35,029 bases of DNA from positions 10,457-45,485 of the forward strand of contig CALSCP010001463.1 in NCBI GenBank assembly GCA_943704425.1, read 5' to 3'. The translations under genes were made by a program, and so were the position numbers. Source of the DNA: Ministeria vibrans ATCC 50519 (lineage: Eukaryota; Protista; Filasterea). The notes under the pieces are model-generated. The model saw only the letters and a program-made list of their open reading frames with translations. It searched no databases and had not been told where the DNA came from. Positions 1-10,047 of this stretch are shown here, one piece after another; positions within the stretch are counted from its first letter, which is position 1, and every line of letters starts with the position of its first letter.

Positions 1-1385
1 GAGACGCCCGAATCTCTTCCGCGCACGAGTTATTGTTGGGCAGGAAGGGTTGGGCACAGCACTCAAAGATGTGCGCGGTGGTCTCCACCGTCGCACAGTA
101 CTTACAGACTGTCGACTGTGCAAGGCCCCTCCTGTGCTGCACGCTTGCTGCCGGTAGAATATCACACAACAGCCTGACTAGGAACCTCCGCTTTGTCGGG
201 GAGAGCCCGCGACCCACCGCTGCACACCACTCGCGGTCACATAGTCTGACCACCGAGCCTTGTGTTCTGTGTTGGGTCACTATATTACAATGCCATACAG
301 ATTGCCCACATCTCGGGCTGGTAGCTGCTATGCGCATAGAGGGGGAAGCGCATGGTTCAATGAGGTTGCGCCGCAGGGTTGGTCATCACCGGTATGTAAA
401 CGGCGCCGCCGCCTTAAGCGGAGGCTGCGACAAAGGCGCCGTCCATCGCAACCACCAAGGGGCTATGTGGCATTCCTTGCGCGCCCACCACTTCGTCGCG
501 TCCTCTCACCTTCAGGTACCCCTGCCCGCATAGCTCCTGGTGTCGTGTGGCCGTGGGGAGCTTGACCACCCTCATCTCTTTGGCTCTGGCAATCAAACCT
601 CCCAGAGCCGACTGCGCGCAAGGGGTGCCATTTCTCACACCGAGTGCTTCACGCACCGTCATGCAGTCGCACTCGTGAATCGCAGCCGTTGATGGAGTTC
701 CGTCGACATGGCGCCCCACCTCTCTTCTGCGTTCCGCCCGAAGGGCCAGCAGGCTCTTAATCCTCTCGGTATGGTCTAGCAGGTTGCCTACTCTGTGCAC
801 CCCCCATGCTGAACAAGGCGCAACACTTCTTCTCCGGCAGCACCGCTTCCCACGCAAGAGGTCTTGGGCAAGTGGCGCGTCAATACTTGCCAGCCTTAGG
901 TTGTGTCTCTTTAGGCAGTTCAAGGTGGTGCCGCCGAGCAACATCTGCCCTTTCGTGCTGCTCCAGAGGTTGCCAGAGTGGGTGTAATCGCCCACCCATC
1001 GCACCACCGGACATATATCAAGGTGTCATATTGTGGCCACCCGGGCCACACACCCCACGAGCCCAGCTGTTCATGGCAGGCGTCGCCCTGGCCCTCCACC
1101 AGCGTGCGAGTCATGCTCCAAGCCAACCTGCCCTTGGCCCTGAAGACCGCGTAGCTCAACTTCTTCTCATTGATCGTCATTCCGGTGGGCGAATCACTAT
1201 GGCCAGGCACTCCGCCGTGGCGGGGACCGTGGTGACGTCGTCCGCGTACGTCAGCGCAGTCACTCTCGCCCCTGATGTCGCCAGGTTCATCAGCAGTGAA
1301 CCCTTGCACTAGCGGCGTGGTCATAATAGGTGTGAACGCATCAACGCGATCAAAACATTCAAATGTGATGACCAAAGCATAACTG
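1..1385 (-). mobile_element. Degenerate, 5'-truncated non-LTR (LINE-like) retrotransposon fragment running off the window edge
   Basis: A minus-strand frame open from ~383 to the edge (not in the ORF track) reads ...RRFLVRLLCDILPAASVQHRRGLAQSTVCKYCATVETTAHIFECC (CCHC at 56-106), the zf-RVT motif typical of LINE ORF2 C-termini. Upstream, PLVVAMDGAFVAASA*GGGAV (~400-460) resembles an RNase H N-terminal motif with an in-frame stop. The frames are broken and there are no introns. Confidence 0.7.
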
Positions 1386-1415
1386 CAATTAATAATAATA
1401 ATAATAATAATAATT

Positions 1416-1454
1416 AGAAGAAGAAGAATACAACCCATTTATTCATGATACAGT
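1416..1454 (-). repeat. Short dispersed element copy 1 (AATAAA + (TTC)n tail) within an (AAT)n microsatellite
   Basis: agaagaagaagaatacaacccatttattcatgatacagt is nearly identical to the copy ending at 14060. (AAT)n lies on both sides. Confidence 0.75.
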
Positions 1455-1498
1455 CACCAGATCTACAACAAAATATAATAATAATAATAATAATAATA

Positions 1499-1534
<36 letters not shown>

Positions 1535-1732
1535 TGGAGACGGAACCTGATCCAAATAAATGTACTTGATCGGAGAGAGATAACGAACCCTGCTATCAGC
1601 AAAGGGATCGGCGGCTGCTTGTGTTCATTTGCTAGCAAGCAGCGTTGGGACGGACGGAGGATGACTAAGTGATCAGAATAGTCACGATTAATTTTTTCAT
1701 TAAAATATTTATATTATTAGTATTATTTGGAA

Positions 1733-3165
1733 ATGTCTGTCCTCCCTGAAATATTTGCACTATGCGCCCCGCGCAAGTCGAAGCCGACGCCCAAGCAAGA
1801 ATGGGAGCTGCACATGCAGCTGTGTGGCAAGCTGAGCGTGCTTGCTGACGAGCAGCGGCCCCAAGGCCCAGCGCGCGCGGCGTCGTCCGCTGTGGATGCG
1901 TCGCAGCAGTTCATGGAGTGGATCCACACGGAAGGAGGCGTCTCCACCGACCGCGTCGAAGTGCACGCCTACAAAGGACAGGTAGCGCACGCCAAGCCCG
2001 CCAAAACACATCCACCGACGAGTTGTCGTCACCTTCGCCCCATTTTCACCCTTAGGGAAACGGCATTCGCTGCAAACTGTCGATTGCAAAGAACGGACAG
2101 GTTGTGCGTATCCCACAGAAGCTCATGATGACGAGCGAAACGGCGCTCGACCCGCGCTACGCAAGCGGCAAGGTGCTCGCGTCACTGTCCATGCTGGCGG
2201 ACGTGCAAGATGTGGCGCTTGCCGTTCATCTGATGCTTGAACGCCCCAATCCATCGTCCTTTTGGGCGCCGTACATTGCTATGCTTCCCACGACATTCAG
2301 CACGCCCCTCTACTACGATGCGAGGGACTGGGAAGCACTGCGCAACGTACCGGCGCGCACCGACGCGATGCGAATCGTTCGCCATGCCGCCATGCAATAC
2401 TGTATGCTGCTCAAGGCACGCCCGACGTGTCTCTTTGACGAGTACCGATGGGCGCTTTCGGTGGTGGCCACGCGACAAAACCGCTTGCCCGTGGGCGGCA
2501 CCAACGAGGCGCCGGTGCTCGCACTGGCGCTTGTACCACTCTGGGACATGTGCAACCACGCAGCGGACGGCTGTTTGACGACGTTTGACGCGGCAACGCA
2601 AACTCTCGTGTGCGTGTCGGAAAAGCGACGGTATGAGACGGGCGATCAGGTATGCATCTACTACGGGTCGCGTACCAGCACCGAATTTTGCTTTTACTCG
2701 GGGTTTGTGCCGTCTGACGTGAGTGCGGCACACGAGCGTGTGCCCATTGCACCTGCGTTGGGCAAGGCGGGGCCATTGCGAGCGCGCAAGGAAGCGCTGC
2801 TGGCGGTGCTTGGGGTAGACGGGACGCGACTGGGGGTGCGCGGGGAAGGACAAGAGGTGGAGGAGGAGCTGGTGTGGTACGGGCGAGTGGCGGTACTCGG
2901 GGAAGAGGCAGCGGTGGCGGGCGCCGAGGGGTTGGACAAGAGCGCACTCGAATCGTATCTGGTGGCACGGGGTGACCAGGACTGGCTTAAGTGGCTGCAA
3001 ATGCATTGTCAATTGACTGCGCGGGTATGTGACACTAAAGAGGAGGAAGAGGATGCGGAGGTGGATGCGCAAACGGCGACACGTGCGGCGTGTGTGGCAC
3101 TTCGCCAAGTCACAAAGCGCGTGCTCACTGGCACTGCCGCACTTTGCGCCTCGCGTTTGAAGTAA
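1733..3165 (+). CDS. SETD3: SETD3-like actin-histidine N-methyltransferase (SET + Rubisco-LSMT substrate-binding domain)
   Basis: Exon 1 1733-1981, GT-AG intron 1982-2055, exon 2 to TAA 3165. Motifs RIPQKLMMT, WALSVVATRQN, LALVPLWDMCNH and IYYGSR..EF..YSGF match SETD3. Confidence 0.85.
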
Positions 3166-3307
3166 AAGACACAAGTAAAAGACACAAACAAACCTATACT
3201 ATTAAATTATTATCATTATGGCACTGACACTCTGCCACACTTTGCGCCACCCTTTTGAAGTCAAAGATATAATTATACTTATTATTATATACATCAATGT
3301 GGTACAA

Positions 3308-4825
3308 TCATTGCTTGGCGGAACTCCAAAGAGCAGCCAGGTAGTTGCGCATGCGGTGATCGGAAAGCATGGTGTCGGCAAGTTGGACACCGCCGACGGC
3401 ACGCATGAAGCTTACGGGGTCGGCGTACTCACACAGGGCGTGCGGGCGCCAGCGGGCCGCGTCGACAGATGGGCGCGCCGGGCTCGCCCGTCGCAGGTGC
3501 AGCACGCGTCCGCCGGGGAATAGTGGCGCCTCGTCGACCGAAGGCCGCGCCTTTGACGGTGACGATGACGATGACGATGACGATGGAGATTCGATTGTGT
3601 CCATGTTGTTTTCTTTCTTAAGGAGACTCTGGGACCAGCGCAGTGCGACATCACCGCGTGTCTGGAACTCTGTCTGGACGCGATCCATGTAGTGCTTGAC
3701 GCGGTTGCTTAGAGATGGAGGCGGGGCAGTCATCGGTGCGCTACTCCTCGCGTCACGAACCGCTGTGGATTCGTCGTCTCCGTTGCGCAGGAGGTCGTCA
3801 ACAAAGGAGCGCGTCTTGACAAGTACAGGCAGGAGAGCAGAGGATGCGACTGTGGCGTCGTCAGGGAGAGCGTCTGCCAGCACTTGCTGTCGATGTTGCT
3901 GCTGCTGTTGTTGTTGTTGTTGTTGTTGTTGCTGCTGCTGCTGCTGCTGTTGTTGTTGTACAGAATTGGTTCCGACAATGCGCTGTTGGAGCCAGTGGGG
4001 CAGCGGGGCAATTTCGTTGAGTTCCGCATTGAGCTCGGAGCGCCAGTCAAACGACGGAATGGTTGCGCAAAGGTCAACCAGGGCATGTACCGAAAGCGTG
4101 GGCACGGCATCGAGTTCGTTGACGACGGCAGTCATGGAGAACTGTGTAGGGTCAGCGAGACGCTGCGCAAGCAATTCGCTGACGACGGGCGGGGCGCCAA
4201 ACGAGACGGCGGAGAGGCGCGGGAACTCGTCGCGCCACTGCAGCATAAGGAGAGCAGCAACCGCACCGCCAAGCGAATGGCCCACAATGTGGACATTGAA
4301 GTTGGCGTTGGCGTCGGCGGCGAGGAGTCGGCGGATGAGGGGACGCAAGCGCGAGTCGCAGTGGACGGCGGCGATGCGAGCGCCACGGTGCACCTGGCCG
4401 CCATGAAAGGGATCCCCAGCCATGGCAATGTTGGTGAGCATGTCATGGATGCTGTCGGTGCCGCGCAGGGCAACGAGGATGTTTCGGTGGGGCCGGTCGA
4501 CGGCAACAAGACATGCCGGTTCGCCGACGCGCGCTTTGCGATTTTCAAAGACCACGTCGTCCGCACGCACCAGAGTGTGCTGCAGCAGATACTCCCAGCC
4601 AGCATAGGCGCTCTCGGCAACGTGTCCGTCGTAAGTGAGGCGCTGGAAGCGGTCGGTGCTATCTCTTGTCGCTGTCCAATGCACCGAAGTGCGCTCTCGC
4701 GCTCGTTTACGTGCCAGCAACGTCAGCCCCATGGTTAGCGACCCCAACGTCGGCTTTTGTGCCACCACTGCAGGCACTAGCTCCTGTAGGGTGCGTGCCA
4801 CAAGGACAAGAGCGTCTTTTTGCAT
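3308..4825 (-). CDS. Class 3 lipase (alpha/beta hydrolase, DAG-lipase-like) with polyQ insert
   Basis: Single 505-aa ORF: LRGT, HRG, GHSLGG nucleophile, FGAPP, DAVP (Asp) and SDH (His). A CAA/CAG polyQ tract lies at ~3893-3958. Confidence 0.85.
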   Translation of the reverse strand: MQKDALVLVARTLQELVPAVVAQKPTLGSLTMGLTLLARKRARERTSVHWTATRDSTDRFQRLTYDGHVAESAYAGWEYLLQHTLVRADDVVFENRKARVGEPACLVAVDRPHRNILVALRGTDSIHDMLTNIAMAGDPFHGGQVHRGARIAAVHCDSRLRPLIRRLLAADANANFNVHIVGHSLGGAVAALLMLQWRDEFPRLSAVSFGAPPVVSELLAQRLADPTQFSMTAVVNELDAVPTLSVHALVDLCATIPSFDWRSELNAELNEIAPLPHWLQQRIVGTNSVQQQQQQQQQQQQQQQQQQQQQHRQQVLADALPDDATVASSALLPVLVKTRSFVDDLLRNGDDESTAVRDARSSAPMTAPPPSLSNRVKHYMDRVQTEFQTRGDVALRWSQSLLKKENNMDTIESPSSSSSSSSPSKARPSVDEAPLFPGGRVLHLRRASPARPSVDAARWRPHALCEYADPVSFMRAVGGVQLADTMLSDHRMRNYLAALWSSAKQ

Positions 4826-4924
4826 GGAGCTGCACCGGACGGACTGGACTGATCAAAAAGAGAAATAATTGTTTCTTATAATTATTCAATAAATTCATAA
4901 TTCATTCGTTTCTCTGAATTTGGG

Positions 4925-5485
4925 ATGGGGAACCTTTTTGCCGCCATAAAAGGCGACAAAGGCGGGAATGTGAGCGTATCAGATGTATATTTGGACTTTG
5001 AGAGTAAGACTGGTCGTGTTGTTGTGTCGACCGCCGACCGCTTGTGATCGCGGGACGGAAGCGGGCCCGCTGCCTTGCCATGGCCGCATCGCGGGCGGGT
5101 CTCGTGGGTGTGCGCTGTCGCTGGGCGCACTCCCAGCGCCCTTGGCTCCGTCGTCTTTTTTCTGTGGTTCTGACCCGACCGTTTTGTTAGATGCGAAGCC
5201 CACGGCGGCCGAGCAGGACGCCTTTGACTTTGTCGCAAGTATCATGCAGGACGCGCCGCAAGTGCTCGACCGCCTGGCTGCCTATCAAACATGCAACGAA
5301 CAGATTCGACAGGTTTGCCCTCTTTTTTTTTTTTTTTGCCTCTCTTTTTTTTTCTTCTTTTTTTTCGCCATTTTTTCACTCTCAACTACACTTGCACACT
5401 CCCATTTATCCACCTCCACGCATTCCTTCCGTTGATACGATTGTACATGCGGTACTCTGGAAGCGCTCCGTTTGGTTGTTCTTTT

Positions 5486-5520
<35 letters not shown>

Positions 5521-6392
5521 TGTGTGTGTGTGACTCTTTGGATGTGAATGGGACTGTGCCAGCGCCCCTCTGCGCGCATCTGCTGACCGTTTGCTGCTTT
5601 GTCTGCGACAGGCCATTTCACACCCCTCCCCTGAATCGGAAGCAGCCGCATGGGCCGCTGTGTGTCCCATTGTTGTGCAACTGAAAGACCACTATGAATT
5701 TTCGGCGAAACTCGGTAGGACCAAGAACAGGAAACAATAATTAAAGGGACAAGAACTGAGTGTATGTTTGAACGTAGAGGATGTGCTTCCGCGTCTCCTG
5801 GAGGAACTGTGCAGTGGCTCTCCGCAGACCAATCTGGAGAATAAGCAGGCGCTTGCAAAGCAGTTTGCCGAAGTCATGAAGTTTTGTTTGAGCTTTGACG
5901 ACATCAAGGTGCAGTATTTTTGAATTGTATCGTGTATTATTCTCTAGATCTGCATAATAACATACTATTTTATGCATCTCCCTCCCCCCCCTATAGATGG
6001 TCAACTCGCACATTCAAAATGACTTTAGCTACTACCGACGAACCATGTCGCGAATGAAGATGTCTGATCAGGTAACGTCCGCTGTTTGCGTGTGTTCTGG
6101 CCCCGTATTCATCAAGGGTTGATTTTGAGTAGGAGGCACTAGATGCACTGGTGGTGCGTGATGAGCTGGCGAACCGGATGTCGCTATTCTACGCGTACCC
6201 CACACCAATGCTCAAAGTGCTGATTGATGCGACGTCACGCTTTGTGATGGACCACCGCGATCTGACGGACCACGTCACAGGGTGTCTGGCCGCCATGTCA
6301 GCCGTATGCCAGGGGATGGTTGAGAACCCGTAAGGATAATTTTATATCACAGTGAGCAGAGAGAGAGAGAGAGGAGGGAGAAAGAAACATAG

Positions 6393-6474
<82 letters not shown>

Positions 6475-7366
6475 GGGAGAAAGAAACATAGTGATAGATA
6501 GAGAGAACGGAGGGAGAAAGAAACATAGTGGTAGATAGAGAGAAAGGAGGGAGAAAGAAACATAGTGATAGATAGAGAGAAAGGAGGGAGAAAGAAACAT
6601 AGTGATATACATAGAGAGAGAGAGAAAGGAGGGAGGGAGAAAGAAACATAGTGATAGAGAGAGAGAAAGGAGGGAGAAAGAAACATAGTGGTAGATAGAG
6701 AGAAAGGAGGGAGAAAGAAACATAGTGATAGAGAGAGAGAGAAAGGAGGGAGAAAGAAACATAGTGATAGATAGAGAGAAAGGAGGGAGAAAGAAACATA
6801 GTGATAGATAGAGAGAAAGGAGGGAGAAAGAAACATAGTGATAGACAGAGGGAAATAATGGTATCACAGTGAGCAGAGAGAGGGAGGGAGAAAGAAACAA
6901 AGCGATAGAGCGAGAGGAAACAAACAGAGCGAGAGGAAACAAAATAGAGCGAACAATAGAGCGATCGGAAACAAAAGTGAAACATTGTGATAGTAACATC
7001 TTTTAATTTTTATTTAATTTTGTACATGTTTAGGGAATTAGTCAAACGGTTCCAGAGCAACGACACTGCGCTGTTCTGCATGCGTGTGATGACGGGGTGT
7101 GTTGTCGTTTACGACCACATTCATCCCGCAGGCGCTTTCAGCAAGAAATCATCGGGCATTGACGTACGTCGCCATTTTTTTCACCTACTATTCAGCGTCT
7201 TCTGTGTCTCACCCACTTTGTCTCCCTTTAGGTTAAAGGGGCAATCCGCGTGCTCAAAGAAAAGCCGCAAGAGCAAGTGGGGGGTCTGCTCAATGCCCTC
7301 CGCTACACTACCAAACATCTGACTGACGACGACACTCCAAAGCAAATCAAACAACTTCTCCAGTGA
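4925..7366 (+). CDS. CYRI: CYRI/FAM49 (CYFIP-related Rac1 interactor), 8 exons
   Basis: Spliced protein [10 protein letters not shown]...LDFENAKPT...[15 protein letters not shown]...[10 protein letters not shown]...[11 protein letters not shown]...[15 protein letters not shown]...[10 protein letters not shown]...[12 protein letters not shown]...KQIKQLLQ*. All introns are GT-AG and in phase. The N-terminal MG is a myristoylation site. Confidence 0.95.
6343..6905. repeat. Intronic minisatellite, ~12 units of aggagggagaaagaaacatagtgata(ga)n, plus (GA)n
   Basis: Direct tandem repeats in the CYRI intron at ~6330-7033. The array is bracketed by two copies of atcacagtgagcagagagag. Confidence 0.95.
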
Positions 7367-7461
7367 TTTTTCTTCTTACTTTCTTTTCCTTTGATCCTTC
7401 TCTAATGTACTACTTTTCTCCTTTTTATTATTACATTATCATGAAAGTTTATGGTTAGACG

Positions 7462-9502
7462 TCAAACAAAGGAGGAAGATTCCTCCGAGTCAGAAACGAA
7501 AGGGAGTGCTTTGCTTGTGCGCGCAATCTGAAAGAAGAACAAGAAAAAGAGAGAACAATGTGTGAGAGGACAAGTCAAAAGCTCACTCCCGAGCGGAGTT
7601 TCTCTCTGGCCTATGTATGTATGCATGTGTATGCATGTGTGTGGGTGTGTGTGTGTGTTTGTCACTCTCTCCAATCTCTCTCTGGTCCGTGTGTCAGTTT
7701 CTCTCATATTCGAACTCTTAGACTCTAACCTGTTTCTCCACTTGCACTTGCGTTGGATTTTCCGTGCGGAACACCACTCCATATTGGTACAATAACAACA
7801 CAATGTCATATGCGTTTTTTGCTACAAACATTTAAATGACATTGTGTTAACGTATACGTGAAAAATTAAATCCAATCAAAATAATTATAATAATAATCAA
7901 AATAATTATTATTATTAGTACCAATAAAAACACTGTTGATTGAGCTGACTCCAAAGGCGAGAAAGGACCGCATTGCGATAATGGGAATATGAACAAATAT
8001 CACCTTCATCATTATGTGAACCATTTCCGAGCTCACATTGTGAAAGCGTTTCCGTCGACTGCAAGAGCAAAGAGAAACAAAGTGAAAAGCAAAAACAAAT
8101 TAATAATATTAATTTTAATATTAGACACGTACGAGCCGGAGAGAACGCGCTCCGCAATGGGAAAGACAGCGAACATGAGAAGGAAAAGCACAGTAAACAC
8201 AAGAATGGCTGTGCGTAGGGCAGTGCTGACGGGCTGGCCCACCACTGGCTATGTATGTAATTGTTATGGTTGCAGCAAGACTGTGAGTGACAAGCATACC
8301 GACATCTCGAGAGTGAGCTCAATGACGTCAATGGCGTCGGCGACCACTGCCATCGATAACTGCGTGGCACTCATTCCCCCCAGTCCCGTCACCAACCGTC
8401 CCAGCAACGTCACTAGGCCGCCGAAGAACAGAAAGAGCGCATCTTCCAAGGTCTGGAAGCGTACACTGGTGAAGTAGAGTCGCGTCAGATTGCGTGTTGT
8501 GACAAAGCGCAGAAAGGCCTGAGCGGACGCAACAAAGCACACACTAAAGGTAAACGACGAAAGCACGGCGACACTGAGATTGCACCCGCAAGGGCCGTGC
8601 AGCTCCTTTCGCTCTCCTCTGGCTCCTCTTCCGCCTCTTCGTCTGGCCTCTTCCTGATCTGGCGTCTCTTCGCGCTTGTGTCGTCGCTCTGTGCTGGGCG
8701 ACACAAGTGCTTCTTCATCTGCTCGCACCGATTTGAGTGCGTAGTTGACACACGTGCACTAAAAGAGACGAAGCGTTGCGTTTGAGTGAAGTTTGCGTGC
8801 CATTCATATTATTTTTTTCGAGTCCTTGTGCAGCGGATGTCTCGTTACCTTAATGAGAAGACTCTGAAAGACACACACCACACCAGCTATGCCACAGAGA
8901 GTGGCGGCAGCGGCATACTCCCGCACCACGGAATCCTTGGTGGGCTCAGGCACCTCACTGGCACGACTCAGCACGGCGTACACACTCAGTGCAAAGTTGA
9001 GAATGGAGAAGACAACAAAGAAGGCAACCGACTTGCCAAAGTGATTGCCAATCACCTTTCCCGTCTTGCTGTTCGTCCGAATGAGTTGTTTCTTGGCACG
9101 TGCCGATCGACTCACAAGTGAGGTCGACGACGACGCCGACGTGAGCGACCCAAGCGACACCGTTCCAGGCGAACTTACGGCCGTTGAGTGTGTTGCACCT
9201 CCTTGCCGCCGTCGCTCGTTGAAGCGGTTGGCGGCGACAATGGCGCGCGCAGCTGCTGCAAACTGCAAAGGAGGCGACATTATCGGTGTCTCAGCACCCA
9301 AAGGAAGTCGGTTTCCCTCGCTACGCGTAAACGGCGGCGAGTGTGCAAGTTTCATTCGTTGCCGTCCGCCCGGCGGCGAATTTGTCGCTGGCACCACCAA
9401 GACTTCGTCAACCGTGGTCGAATGCCTTACTGCCTTGTCCTTGAACGCTGTCAGCGCTATCAAGGCCGACCTTCGCTCTATTTCAGCCGGCTTGCTCGTC
9501 AT
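7462..9502 (-). CDS. TMEM26/TMEM121(CECR6)-family multipass membrane protein, 6 exons
   Basis: Hand-spliced in frame. The segments LLGRLVTGLGGMSATQLSMAVVADAIDVIEL and HIPIIAMRSFLAFGVSSINSVFIAKNAYDIVLLLYQ resemble the TMEM26 motifs GRW...DQLS.....AADI.EF and PFL..RL.....FF..KN......LY. Family assignment is from memory. Confidence 0.6.
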
Positions 9503-10047
9503 CTTCGCATCCTATCGTCATTAGTGACGTAAGTGTTTTTTTTTTGGGTTTTGAGTTTGAGTGACAGACTCCAACAATCAACAATCGCTCACCCGAACGC
9601 CCCCAATTTGCGTTAATCCACTTGCAGCAGCCATTTTGGCAAAAGGCTCGTCCGAAACAAAGCCCGATTCCATCTCTATTGACTGAAATTGCAAGAAATA
9701 ATCTGAAGATACTTCCGGATCCACCTGAGCCTGAGCCTGAGCCTAAGCCTGCGTTTCTTTGTAATCTTCATGATCCATGTTTGCTACTATTGGACTATTG
9801 GTCACTCTACAGCCACTCTAGTCTCTGATTAATAATACAATGAAGAAGAAGACATTCCAATTTATTATCAATCACAAACGAAAAGCGACAACCCAATCAG
9901 CTCAGAAAAATGTGTTCTGCAATCTGTTCTAGTCTCTAATCATAATTTTTTTTGCAAGGAATCAGGCTGCCAAGACACTGCAGCGAGATAGCCTTGATAT
10001 AAAATAGCTTTCAGCGCACAGGAACAACTATTTTAAAAGGCTCAAAC

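Noticed and set aside
33-1312. Plus-strand ORFs 33-533, 260-565 and 806-1312
   Set aside because: No recognisable motifs. They are antisense shadows of the decayed retroelement.
6343-6905. CRISPR-like regular repeats
   Set aside because: The units are separated only by variable (GA)n, not unique spacers. The context is a eukaryotic intron with no cas genes.
6298-6999. Long minus-strand Leu/Ser/Phe-rich ORFs
   Set aside because: Translations of the intronic minisatellite.
9622-9828. 68-aa ORF with PEPEPEP, and a TGTAGAGTG(A/G)CC motif shared with ~14130
   Set aside because: TTG start, a short hexamer repeat and no homology cues. The shared motif is too short and degenerate to call a transposon end.
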